DNA from: the human T2T-CHM13v2.0 reference genome, Homo sapiens
NCBI RefSeq assembly: GCF_009914755.1
Contig: NC_060925.1
Direction: 5' to 3' (one strand)
Length of the DNA: 64,000 bases
Shown piece after piece: positions 1 through 14,769 of this stretch (its first letter is position 1; every line of letters begins with the position of its first letter). The position numbers were made by a program, and so were the translations under genes. The notes beneath the pieces are model-generated. The model was not told the DNA's origin, searched no databases, and was given only the letters and a program-made list of their open reading frames with translations.

Positions 1-122
1 GCAGAGCCCAACAGGGAATAGCTGGCAAAGCAGAAAAATGATTTCCAGGGTTCCTGTCCAAGCACCAAAAAGCAGGGAATAAAAGGGTGGAATGAGCTGA
101 AAGACAATTAATAACTCATACA
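1..122 (-). mobile_element. Old MaLR LTR (MLT1-type) fragment
   Basis: gcagggaataaaagggtggaatgagctgaaagacaattaataactcataca resembles the reverse-complemented 5' end of old MLT1 LTRs. Confidence 0.45.
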
Positions 123-1219
123 TCCCCCATCCATTTACTGCTGTTTCTGATCCTCTTCAGGTCTGGGAGATGGGGAAGGAAGACAGGCAGAAAGTCCTTA
201 CTTAACTGGTATCAGCAAGGTATTTGAAGCTGATTCTTTCTCTTATGGAATGCTTTCATGTGTACTTTGGAGAACCTATTTTCTTACCCTATCACTGCTG
301 ATTTCCTTTGATCTGAATGAATGCACAGTGTTCTGGAAGTTGCTCACTTACTACCCCTTACTGCCAAGGAAAGCAGTATCCACCTCTAGCTCATGCTGTA
401 ATGAAACCTGTTCACCTCTCCAATTGACCTGACTCTGAGTTCATCTATGATGACCCAATTCCCAGCTCTTTTGTGTATACCTAGCCAAGGAAACCATCGT
501 ACTGCTTTGTCCAGGCAAACTGGGGGATTACGAGCTGATTCAAGCCCAGCAGCATCTTTCATTCAATCCACCACCAAACCACTTAGCCTATCCTTTTCTT
601 GCCTTCTGTGTTCTAGATGGGAGCTGGACACAAGTCTGCTGACCTGCCTAGGTGGAGAGGACGCATATGGAGCTTTCCACAGGGAAAACTTGAATCCCTT
701 CTCAGTTGGCTCAGTTCATACTAGCAATGTTTTCCAAAGAAATCCTCTTCAAATCTCCATTAAACTCCCCTTTCTAGTCATTTATTTGCTTGAGAGGGCA
801 AGGAGTTGTTAGTGTGAAGGAATGATTCCTGGATATTTCCTTTGGAAAGGCAATCTTGGTCTAACATTTCACTTTGAAAGTTTATATTTTTTGAATCTTG
901 GTGCTTCAATTGAAACTTAATTTAACATCCTTTTTCACCATTCTTAAATTCTTCCTTTTCATCCTGAGATCAGTATAACATTGATCCTAAAATCAAATTA
1001 AATAGTACTAGAAAGGAAAATTATTGGCCAATCTTATTCACATGCAAATTCGCCAAAATTCTAAGCAAACTATTATCGACCAAATCCAGCAGGGTATGAA
1101 AAAAAGTCCATCACACTAAGTTGGGTTTATCCCAGGAATGCAAAGCTGGGTTAACATTATAAAATTAATTAACGCAATTCCTTATATTAACAGATTAGAG
1201 AAAGAAGACAATTTTATCA

Positions 1220-1526
<307 letters not shown>

Positions 1527-2283
1527 GACAATTTTATAACTTTAATATACGGCAAAAAGCATTTGAGAAAAAGCAACCTAATTTGTGGTAGAAACACTGA
1601 AAATTATAATTAAGAAGGTAACTCGTTTAACAGGATAAAGGTCAAAAACAAAAATTTATGGCAGATAATATTCTTAATAATAAAACTTACAACTATTTCC
1701 TTTAAAATCAGGAACAAGTTGAAGATGCTCAATATTATCATTCTATTCAACATTATTCTACTGATTCTCATCAGTAAAATTTTAAAAAGGAAAATAAAAA
1801 GGTACGCAAATTGGAAAGAAAGAATAAAATAATAATTATTAGCAGATAATATGATTGCCTATGAAGTATATTTTTAAAAATCTATAGTTAAATTATTAGA
1901 GTTAAAAAGAGTTTAAGTTTTGCAAGGTAGCTGGGTATACAAAAATCAATTGCACTTCCATAAAGCAGCCGTAAAAATTGTAGTAATATAATTTTTAAAA
2001 GATACCAGTACAATAGAAATAAAACTATAATAAAATAAAAGCAAGACCTTTATGGAAAAAATGCTATTGAAAAATGTTAAAGAAGACGGAAACTAATGGA
2101 GAGATATACTGTTCCTAGGTAGAGAGATCCAATTTCATAAATATGCCAATTCTCCCTAAATACAATGCAATTCCAGTCAATATCTCAATTGTTTATCATG
2201 AAACTTATTATCTGATTTCAAAACTTACATGGAAGAGTAAAAGCCTACAAATAGTCAAGATACTTTTGAGGAATAACAACAAA

Positions 2284-2304
2284 GTGTGTGTGTGTGTGTG
2301 TGTG
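2284..2304. repeat. (TG)n microsatellite
   Basis: gtgtgtgtgtgtgtgtgtgtg. Confidence 0.9.
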
Positions 2305-3102
2305 AGATGGGGTAGAGGTAGGGGTTGCCCTGCAATTTGTGGTAAATCTATGTAAATCATGTAAGTCATGATAAATCTATGTAAATAAGATAATGTGGTA
2401 TTGGAAGACAGATAAACAAATAGACCAGAGGAAAGAATAGTGAGCCCCAAAATGAATCCATGAATATATGAAGACTTACCTACAGGCATTGCATAGTGGC
2501 TGAGGTGTGGGGCCGGGGTAGAAGGCATGGTAGAGAATGAACTGCTCAATAAATAGTGGGGGAACAAGAGTTTATCCATATTGGAAAAAAATGATATTGG
2601 ATCCCTCCCTTATACCGTTTATAAAATAAAGTCCAGGTAAAATAAAGACTTAAATGTAAAAGGAAAAACTTTAACATGTTTAAAAGTCAATATAGAACAA
2701 TAGTTATGTGACTTTGGCTAAGAGAGTACTTTCTAAACAACACTCAGAGAATACAAGCCATAAAATAAAATATTGATAAATTAAAGAAATTCAAATAAAA
2801 AATTTCTAATTTTTACCTAAAGACACCATAAAGTGAAAAGACTAGCCAAAAATCTAGAGGGCATATTTTCCATGCATATAATTAATAAAAGATTAGTATT
2901 GAGAATCCATAAAGAAGTCCTAAAAATCAGTGAGAGAAAATACAAACAACCCAATAGAAAATGGCCAATAGGAATGAAAAGATTTTTCACAGCAAAGAAA
3001 ACATAAATGGCAAATCAATATACAAAATGTATCTTAATTTCATAAGTACCAAGAAAAAGAAAAATGAAATCACAATGAGAGATAGTTTTATGCCCACCAG
3101 AT

Positions 3103-3198
3103 TGGTACAAATTAAAAATCTGACAGATTTAAGTGTTGACAAGCTGTGGTACAAATTAAAAATCTGACAGATTTAAGTGTTGACAAGCTGTGGTACAA
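3103..3198 (+). repeat. Perfect 44-bp tandem duplication
   Basis: tggtacaaattaaaaatctgacagatttaagtgttgacaagctg at 3103 and 3147, then tggtacaa again at 3191. Confidence 0.97.
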
Positions 3199-3664
3199 CA
3201 AGGTCTCCTAAACAGTGATAATGGGTGATGCAATCACTTTGCAAAACAATTTGATGTGATGTAAGCTAGTATAGCTGAGACTGCGCATCTCCTATGACTC
3301 CTAGGCATGTGCCCTCGGAAAACTCTTGCAAATAAGAACCAGGTAACAAGTTGGAGGCAGCATTGTACTAACAACAAACTGAACACAACCCAAGTGTTCA
3401 CCAACTGGAGAATGGACAAATCAATGTGATTCTTCATAAAACAGCTATAGTGATGAAAATAAATGAATCAGCAGTGAAATGGAATGTCAGATATAGAATG
3501 TTAAGAGGAAAATTCATGAAATATGATATGTTAATAAGCTTGGAAAACAAGCAAGGAAAGCAATACTTTGTTTATTGATACATATAAATGTGTAAGGCTA
3601 TCAACAACAGCAATGGAATGATAAAGCCAACTTTAGGGTAATGGTTGCCTGCCATTACCTGGAG

Positions 3665-3840
3665 GCCCAGGTAACTTTGAATTTAAACAATGAATACATT
3701 TTTTAGTATAAGTATGTCCCAGATATTGCATGGGACATACTTACACTAAACAATTATGCATTGTTTATCTGAAATTCAAAGTTAGTTGGGCATGTTTTCT
3801 CACTGCTGTTGTTTGTTTTTGGCTAAATCTGGCAACCCTA
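3665..3840. mobile_element. MER53 palindromic hAT MITE (left terminus missing)
   Basis: Internal palindrome ...tttagtataagtatgtccca-gatattgca-tgggacatacttacactaaa... and terminal gctaaatctggcaacccta, typical of MER53. Confidence 0.88.
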
Positions 3841-4928
3841 CTCAGAGAGAGCTTCAATGATATTTATAACATTTTATTTATTATGTTGGGTGGTAGGTTC
3901 ATGGCTGCTCATTGCATTATTTTATTTAAAAAGAAAACATTAAAGCAAATCTCATTGTTTATAATTCCACTTGGTGGATCCAAAGCTTTTGCTAAAAAAA
4001 AAATAAGCAGTAGCTGTAGACTAGGCTAGAGTGTCAGGAGCTGATCCTCCCTGGCCATGTGGGGATATGTCAAATGGTTTGTAGCTGGGCTTTCTTCTTC
4101 TCTCTCTCTCTCTCTCTCTGTGCTGTGTTGGTGATCAGCTCACCACACTCTAATACTCAGGAGCTGCTGATGGAATATACTCGGTCAGATACCCACCATC
4201 TACCTTTCACAATGTCTGCAAGTGTGGGGTGTTATTCATTGCAGGATCCAGTTAAAGCTCGTGTTCCAAGCCATAAAAGACCTTTTAACCATAAAACTCC
4301 CTCCTATCTTCCCAGCTCACATCCCTCAGAGAAAACATCAGAAAAGAAAACATGAACACCCAGGTGAAAGAGGCGATTAGTTACAAAATCACTTGCCAGC
4401 CCAATGGGAAGGAGCTCACTGGAGGGAGAAAAGCCTTTCTCAAAATTTACTTGATGTCAAGGCTCACGACCTAAAGAATCTTCTTGAAGCAAGTACACAA
4501 GCAAAGGATAAAGACTTTGCAGAGAATATAAGGACCCAGCAACAACAGCAAGACATTCCAGCATAGCACAAACAGCTAGCAGGGAGGGTATGGGCTGCTC
4601 AGCACATGTAGAAGAGGTTCAGACCAGATCTGTCTTTAAGCAAGCCTGAGGAGAGTGAGCAGGCCTGTTGAGCTCACTGCAGTATTCCAGGGCTTAACCC
4701 AGTGACTGGCATAGGGTTGTCCTCAATAAATCTTTGTGGGTAGAATGCATGAAGCCATAGTGAATGAGAGAAAGAGCAAATGCAGCATTGAATGTTATTA
4801 TCATTATCTGATCCTTCAAACGATGGAATCAAAAAGTCATATCAGGATCTGCCGATTATCGTATATATTTCATTGTCTATAGGTATGTACATTGCTTGTT
4901 GTTCTTAACACAAGGTATGGGTTTATAA

Positions 4929-5259
<331 letters not shown>

Positions 5260-5509
5260 GAAATCCGCATATCTATTATCTATTCCAGTCAAGAACCTGG
5301 TGCCCAGAGTGGGTAGAACCAAGAAGCAGCCTCTAGCAGACACCCCCTTAATGAGGCCAGCTTCTGCCTGGGTTTGCTCAATCACCTTGGGAGGTCTGTT
5401 TTCTACATGTTTGGTTCCTTCTGGCAGACCTTGAGGGATGATAACTTCAGACACTTCTTCTTTTGACATGAGGTGTTGATGTACTGGCCTTCTGCATCAA
5501 TCCTTGCAT

Positions 5510-5735
5510 TTAATCATTTATTCAATTAATATTTATAAGGTATGTGCCAGGTACTGTGCGAAGCCCTGGAGATTTAGAGGTAGCATTTAATGAGCATTTA
5601 CTTACTAAATGTCAGGCACAGTGTTAAGCTCACGACTTAAAGTGTCTAATTTATAGCCCTAAGCAGTAGGCACTATTATTATCCTATTTTGCAGATGAGA
5701 AAACTCAGAGATGAATAAGACATGGTCAGTGGCTT
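5510..5735 (-). mobile_element. L2 3'-end fragment with nested MIR
   Basis: tcatttattcaa...tatgtgccaggtactgtg (L2 tail), MIR core attatcctattttgcagatgagaaaact, then L2-like agagatgaataagacatggtc. Confidence 0.65.
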
Positions 5736-5769
5736 TAAGAGGAAAGCCTTTCCTAATGAAGAGGGCTTC

Positions 5770-6038
5770 ATTTTCACTGCTATAGCTGTTTTATGAAGAA
5801 TCACAATTGATTTGTCCATTCTCCAGTTGGTGAACACTTGGGTTGTGTTCAATTTGTTGTTAATACAATGCTGCCTCCAATTTGTTACCTGGTACCATGG
5901 GCAAGAGTTTTCCTGGGGCATATTTCTAGGAGTCACAGGAGACGAACAGTCTCACCTATACTAGCTCTTGTCAAATTGTTTTGCAAAGTGATTGCATCAC
6001 CCATTATCAGTGTTTAGGAGACCCCATTGTACCACAGC
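5770..6038 (-). repeat. Inverted duplicate of 3187-3460 (L1M-derived), ~87% identity
   Basis: Reverse complement aligns end to end with 3187-3460, including a perfect ~45-bp run gaacacaacccaagtgttcaccaactggagaatggacaaatcaat. Confidence 0.93.
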
Positions 6039-6137
6039 ATTGCCATTTGCAACACATGGTTCTGAGGATTTTCCGAGGTACCTTAGGAACATAGTGTATG
6101 TTGCCAAAATATTAATATGTATTAATTAGATAATTAA

Positions 6138-6630
6138 GTATTAATTATCTATTGCTGTATAACAACTTAATCAGCAGCTTAAAAGAACATGCATTTATTT
6201 CCTCACAGTTTCAGTGGATTAGGAGTCCAGGTATGTTTAGCTGGGTCCTGTGTGTCAGGGTCTCACCAGCAAGCTGCAATCAAGTGCCAGCCAGGGCTGG
6301 GTTCTCATTCCTCTGCTTGCCTGGGGAAGAACATGCTTCCAAGCTCATGTGGTTGTTGACAGCATTCAGCACCTTGTGGCCTCAGATTCTTCCTGGCTGT
6401 CAGCTGTTGGCTGCTCTCAGTTCCTTGCCACCTTTCCTCTCCGTGCTCACAATATGGCAGCCTGCTTCCTCACAGCCAGCAAGGACAGGGTCTCCCAGCA
6501 AGGTGAACATTTAAGCTCTGTAAGCTTCTGTCTTGGGTAATATAATCCAGAATGGACATCCTATCACCTTTGGCATATTGTATTAGTTGAAATTAAAGTC
6601 ACAGTCTGGCCACATTCAAGACAGAAAGGG
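6138..6630 (-). mobile_element. MLT1-family MaLR LTR
   Basis: tattaattatctattgctgtataacaa...gcttaaaagaaca...atttatttcctcacagtttc...tttagctgggtcct...ctgcaatcaagtg, typical of reverse MLT1. Confidence 0.8.
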
Positions 6631-7833
6631 CCTGACCAATTGACCAACTTGGAAGCAAATGGAGATTTTAGGACCAGCAACCACACAGAAGGAAACCAAG
6701 GATACACGCAGCAATAAATGGGAACTAAAGTACTAAAGCCAGAAATGGTTACCACTCCAAAATAATCATTCTGTGGTTTTCTCTGTAGGAACAGAGTTGG
6801 TTCCTCAATTGAACAGAAGAAACAGAAAATCAGACACTTGCCTGGATGCCACACTTACCGTACTATCTTCGGGAGGAGAGGTAGGGATGAGCAGAAGTCA
6901 AGCTTTGATGGAATTCACGTTATCTGTTCAGTCACTAGCAGCCTTTGGACCTGATGTCCTTCACATACCGAGGAACACTTTGACTCAGAACAAAGGCACT
7001 CGCCGGCAAAGTTCATGGCCTTCCACTGTTCTGACCACAGCATAGATCACTTTCACACCATCCGGACAGTGCTTCATTTCTGCTGACCACCTCCCTTGGC
7101 CCTGTTCCTGAAGAATGGAATAATTAGAAAGTTTTTTCTATGTTGTTTCTATTATGTATGAGCTTTTTTTGGTGCCCTCGAGTGGTTTTGAGGGCAGAAA
7201 AAACTATTCAGAGGTTAATGTTGCTTTTTAAAAGTTAATATTAAATTATTAAAGTTACAGATTAATAAGCCCTATTTTTCCTAAAGCTTTTATGTTCTGC
7301 ATAAAATCTTATTGTTTCTTGTATATTGCATATGGTCTGTCATATTTTCAAGAACTGTGTTAAGGGCCTTTGAATAATATGTGATCCTATTTATAAGCTT
7401 AGCTAATTTAACATCCTCAAGCATTTTAAATTGAATTTATAAATCAATATATTCTATTTATCTTTTAAAATTACTTCAATTTTCTGATTAAACTAATATA
7501 ATCTTTCTGAGTACTTAACACAGAATACCTATACATCAAACTCATAAATAGGGTTAACTTTAAGTTCCTTTAAATATTTCAATGACCTATATAAACTTAG
7601 TAATATTATAACTTTAAAACTAAATCAATTATTCACACATTATAAATTGGAATCTAAAATCTGTTCATTTTAATTATTAGGCCAAATTGTCTTAAACATT
7701 ACATGCATGTGAGATACCAAATACGTGCTTCTATCTCACATAAAGGATTAATATACAACAGGTTAATTTCCTTAAACACATCCATACTTGAATTGAAATC
7801 AGCCTAGGGTTGAGTGATACTTACCCACTGTAC

Positions 7834-8292
7834 TGTATTAGTTTCTCTGGGCTGCTGTAATAAATCATCATAAACCAGGTGGCTTCAAACAACAGAAATT
7901 TATTCTCTCACCATTTTGGAGGCTGGGATTCCGAAATCAAGGTGTCAGCAGGGCCATGACCCTCTGGAGTCTCTAGAGGTGAATCCCTCCCTACCTCTTC
8001 CAGCTTTTGGTGGCTGTTGGCATTCCCGGGCTTCCTTGGCTTGTGGCCACATCACTGCTATCTCTAGCTTCATGTTCACAGCACCTTTGCCTCCACGTGT
8101 CTCCACTTTTCTTATAAGGACGGTTGTCATTGGATTTAGGTCCCAGTCAGGTATTCCAGGATAATCTTATATTAAGATTCTTAACTTCATTACATCTGCA
8201 AAGATCAATTTTCCAAATAAAGTAACATGCACAAGTTCTAGGGATTTGGAGGTAAACATATCTTTTTAGGGGCCACCATTCAACCCACTGCA
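7834..8292 (-). mobile_element. MLT1C-like solo LTR
   Basis: tgtattagtttctctgggctgctgtaataaa...aaacaacagaaatttattctctcac...aaatcaaggtgtcagcagggcc...ggggccaccattcaacccactgca (TG...CA ends). Confidence 0.88.
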
Positions 8293-8566
8293 CCCACAAA
8301 AGAGCTACCTGTCACTCCCATGAGTCATGGTAACGCCCAGAGGTGGTGTCTGGGAAGCTAACTGCCTTGCCATCAGCAATGCTGCTGGAACATGCTTCGT
8401 TCTATTTATAGCGGCACTATCAATGCCCTTCAGATGATGTGTCTCACAGTCCATGTCCCCAAGTTCACATTCTACTTTACTGAGTTTCTTTATCTCCTCA
8501 CAGAAGCCTGCAGCACCCCCACCCCACTCCCCTGGACTGCATACTTCACCCAATTATGTTTTGCAT

Positions 8567-8604
<38 letters not shown>

Positions 8605-8655
8605 GTATATTTGTGTATATACATATACATATATATGTGTGTATATATATATATG
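8567..8655. repeat. (GATA)n tetranucleotide STR followed by TA/CA-rich repeat
   Basis: atagatagatagat... ~9 units, then tatatacatatacatatatatgtgtgtatatata. Confidence 0.92.
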
Positions 8656-8961
8656 TATTTTTTTTCTGATTCTCTCCAAAGACATTTGAACTTGATAGAT
8701 AGAATCCTGCATTCTTTCAATCTGTTAGGATAATTAATTCTTAGGGCTATTAAAATGACATCCAGTTGAATTCTGGCACCTCTCTTATGGCTTTGCCTGA
8801 TTAGTTGGTCACACTTCTGAGGTCTTTCCACTGTTTCAAACAGCTGGGTAAGAATTCTTTTAGGGCTTTCGGCAACTGTTGAAAAAGGAATACCAAAGAA
8901 CCAATCCTGACAATAGGTCTTTGCTTAAAGGAGGTAGAATTGTGAAGTGATAAAGAAACTC

Positions 8962-9781
<820 letters not shown>

Positions 9782-9957
9782 TTAACCTTTCTGATCTGGT
9801 GTACTGGTGTACTCCTGTCTATACAACGGAGGTAACATCACTCCAAGTTACTTCATTGGGTTGTGATAATTTAAAGAAATGGTGCTTGCAGAATGCTTCC
9901 CACAGTGCTCAACTTATAAGCACACGATAAGTGTTAGTGATTAGAATACTTGAATTT

Positions 9958-10282
<325 letters not shown>

Positions 10283-10357
10283 CTAGAGTAGTTGTTCAGA
10301 AGAGTGTTCCCATTCTCTCTTAGGGACTATATGAACACAAATTCAATGGAAAGAGAC

Positions 10358-10620
10358 AGTACAGTATTGCACACTTTAAAATATGTTAAGAGGATAGATC
10401 TCATGTTAAGTGTTCTTACCACACACACACACACACACATGCACACACACAGACAGACAAGGAACACCAGGAAATATTTGGAGGTGATGGATATGTTTAG
10501 TGATTTGATTGTGATGATGGTATTACAGGTGTATGCATATGCCCAAGCTCATCAAATGTGTACATTAAACATGTGCAATTTTTTGTATCGATTATACCTT
10601 AGTAAAGCTTAAAAAACAAA
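10358..10620 (+). mobile_element. L1MA/MB 3'-end fragment with (CA)n
   Basis: ttaagaggatagatctcatgttaagtgttcttacc...ggaggtgatggatatgtt...tataccttagtaaagcttaaaaaa. Confidence 0.85.
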
Positions 10621-10671
10621 TCCAGAAGATGGAAATATTCCTTAAAAGGAGGTTCCCTCCTGTATATTATA

Positions 10672-11830
10672 CATTCATTCTTTATTATTTATATCCAAAT
10701 ATTTACAGAACACCTACTATCTGCCAGGCTGTTCTAAGTGCTTGGAATAGATCACTGAACATAAGAGGCAACAGTCCCTGCCTCATGGAGCTTAGGTTCT
10801 AGTAGGGGGAGCGTTTTAGAAGATGATAAGTACTATGAAAAAAATGGAGCAGAGGAAGGGGGAAGGTCAGAACCAGGAGTGGGGTGGGTTACAATTTAGA
10901 TAGGATGGTTGGGGAAAGTCTCATGTAGAAGGAGCCATTTGGGTACAGATTTGAAGGAGCTGAGGAAGTAAGCCATGTGCAGATATATGGGAGAGGAACC
11001 AAGAGCACAAGGGCCCTGAGGCAGTAGCATCCCTGGCATGTTCAAGGACAAGCAAGAGGATGATGTAATGGGAATGGTGTGAGTGAGGGGGAGAGTAGAA
11101 GGAGGAGAGGTAAAGAGGTGACGGGGTAAATCGTGAAGGTCGCTGACATCACTTTAATAAGATGGGAAGCCACTGCAAAGTTCAGAGTGGGGAGTGACAT
11201 GACTTGACTTGAATTGTAAAAGGCTCACTCTGGCTGGAGTGTGGAGAATAAATGTAGGAAAGAAGGGTAGGGGCTGGAAGACCAATGAGAGGGTATGCAG
11301 GAATCCAGGCAAGAGATCAAGGTAGCGCAGACCAAGAAATAGCATGGGGGGCTGTGAGAAGTGGTCAGATTCTGGTTTTACATTAAAAAGAAACAAGGCA
11401 GTTTGTTGACATATTGGACAAAAAGTGTGAGAAAAAGAGAAGTGAAAGAGGAGTCTAAGATTTTTGACCGGAGCAATCTAAAGAATCGTGTTACCATCAA
11501 CTGAGATGGGAAAGACTGAGGGTAGAGTTGTTTGGGGGCAGGAAGAAATGTATGTGAGCTGTTTAAGTGAAATTTTCTACATGAGTTTGGAGTTTGAGAG
11601 GGAGAGGTCTTGGCCATAGATAGAGATTTGGGAGTTGTCCACATATAGATGTTATTTAGAGCCATATGATTGGATCAGATTATGAAAAGAGTGAGGGTAG
11701 ATAGAAAAAAGAACTGGACAAGCGGCAGTGCCCTCCAGCATTTACAAGCCAGGGAGAAGAGTAAAAACCAGTAAAAGAGACTTGGAAGGGGCAACCAAGG
11801 GAATATGGTGTCCTGGAAGCCAGTGAGCTG
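10672..11830 (-). mobile_element. L2 LINE (3' part)
   Basis: cattcattc...cacctactatctgccaggc...gtccctgcctcatggagctt...aaaggctcactctggctg...gatttgggagttgtccacatatagatg. Confidence 0.85.
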
Positions 11831-12287
11831 TGTCCTCTATGGTGCTAGAGTCTGCATTTAACTCTGTGGGAATTTCCTCCATGTGATGACAATGGAGTCA
11901 ACCCCTTAGCAGTCCAGGTGACACCAGTCCTAGCACTCCCAGTTACCCTTAACACGTCCTCTCTAGCTAAACATATTTTGCCTTTCTGCATTCTTCTGTA
12001 AGGGAACCAAATGGATTTTAATAATTAAAAAATAATAATGGAAACAAAAATCATGGAGTATGCTTCAGGATAGCAATAATAATTTTTAAAGGATGTCTGT
12101 AATTCATTTATATAATCTACAGAACATGTGTATCTCATACACAAATGTCCTTGAAGTCATTGGTTCTTCGGAAAATTCTAGTTGGTTCCATAGCAATAAT
12201 GAGTTTTATACCATATGCTGCAAGATGTATAAAGGCAATCCAAGTGGCACTTTTTGATAGTCATAAATCTGGTGAGAGACAGCATAG

Positions 12288-12682
<395 letters not shown>

Positions 12683-14504
12683 TGAGCTCAGGGTCCATTT
12701 TATTTCCCTCACTATCTTTCTCGGTTCCCAGCACACTGTTCAGCCCATGGTAGATACTTTATACAAGTTTGCTCTATAAATGGTTGAATAGTGCAAGCTG
12801 CATCAATGAGTGACTTAAACTAAAAAGACTTTCTTGGGACAGAAACTGAAACTCAGACAAGCATAACAATTACACTTAGAAGTTGCCTTTTATGTTGAAT
12901 TTATTGCATACTTTCTGGTTGGGTCATTTGTAGTCCTTTTCTTTCTGTAACAACAACAACAACAAAACCCAAAAGTGAATGCTTTCTACCCAAGGACAGG
13001 CAAGATACATGCCACCTTATTTGAACCACATGTATCTCCCAAAGGAATACCTAGGCAAAGAAAGGAGAAATGCAGCTTTCTAATCAGCAGCGCTGATGAG
13101 GACAGATGCTAGTTTATTTTTCATACACCCCATTTTTTTCCATGATTTTACATTGACTGTGAGCACACATATTTTATTTTTCATGCTCTAATTCAGGAAT
13201 TATGATTTTCCATATTATCAAAGCAAAAAAAAAATCTCTGTGAGAAGGCAAGCAAAGCAATGTTGTCACTGAGCACATCACACAGGTGCAGATGAGAAGC
13301 TGTATCCACAGGCCAAAGGGGCATAAAATAGAGTGACTCTGCAAACCAATCAAAAGGACCATTTCCATAAGCATCCATCTTATTAAATGTATCATCAACA
13401 ATCTACCTAGGGCCTCTTTCTGTGGGAGAAGTGGGGAAGATAAAGATTCATTTTGTCAGTATATTGTAGTTTTTCTTATGATTCTTAGCTGTGTCTAGAA
13501 TTTTTTTTCAGCATTCAGACAGACAGCTATAAAACTGATTGGCTTGAAAGCCAAATAAAATAAAACACAGTAGCCTACTTTATCATTTAACACTAGCTAT
13601 TTATTATGAGCAGTGCTGTGTTGGGATATCGACCCTGAGATTAAAGCTGGGGAAATATAGATTCTGAGATTCTGTGGACACATAAAGCTCCCAAGCCATG
13701 GTGACAAATAATAATGAGCTTATACTCAGGGGCCATCTTTTATCTCAATGGAGCCCAACAGCTATCATTTTTTAAAAATAATGAATTGTATAAACAATGC
13801 AGGGAACATTCACTTAGCTATTCTGCAATGCAACTTCCTTGGGCCCTGAGTACATGCTCAGCCGCCCAGCCAACTGGCCATTGAAGACAGACACTCTCCT
13901 AATTCATTTATTCCTTGGTTGGTTGGTTAGATCATTCATTCTTTCATTTATTTCAACCCATTTGGCCCTGGGAGGCATCCTTCTCCCTGAATATTCCCTG
14001 AATTCCTCATGTTCTTTCTTGCCTCCAGAGCTTTTTTTCCTCTAGCTAGGAAACCCTCTTACATCTCCAAAATAAAAATTCTACTGCTCCTTTAACACAC
14101 AACTGAAGTCACACATCTTCCACAAAATCTTAAGCAATAATCTTAGAGTAAATTGTTTCTGGATTCAAATCCTGGCCTTACTCCTTATTAGTTGTGGACC
14201 TGTGGGCAACTCACATCCTCATTCTCAGTCTCAGCATATTTACTCTAAAGTAGAGGTTAAAATTCTTATCTCCAACAGTTGTTTCAAGACTAAGCATATA
14301 CAGTGTTTAACACAATCCCTAACCCATTGTAGGTACTCAATCAATGTTGGTTCCCCCTCCTTGGCTCCTGTTCTCTGAATTACAATAGCAGTTAAATTTA
14401 TAGCTTACGCTTATGTAATTAAACATACACTGAATTTTTCACAGCTGTATTTCCTGGAGCTCAGGCTCTTCACTGTACCTTCCCTTCACCCTCTTGCTTT
14501 AATC

Positions 14505-14610
14505 CATGGTTCCCAACCCTGGCTGCACATGACAATCACTTTGGGTGTATCTATGGTTGGGCCCAAACCCCAGAGATTTTGATTTAATTAGTGGAGCCCA
14601 GACATTGCCT
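14505..14610. mobile_element. MER5-type hAT-Charlie fragment
   Basis: tggttcccaaccctggctgcacatgacaatcac...gggcccaaaccccagagattttgatttaatt. Confidence 0.7.
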
Positions 14611-14769
14611 GACAAAATAATTCAACTCTGTCTACAGCATAACGACATCCAGGCAGCTAGATGGGCTGGAAAGGACATATGGCCTTTCTGAATGGTAGCA
14701 CCTTAAATCTGTGCCCCCCAGCCTCACTGAGGGGGACTTGGTCTAGCAGCCCTACTAAGTCTCCTGGTC

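Noticed and set aside
3103-3198. Repeat-spacer-like (CRISPR-like) appearance of short direct repeats, here and at 36292, 61806, 62752
   Set aside because: Head-to-tail two-copy duplications without unique spacers in eukaryotic DNA.
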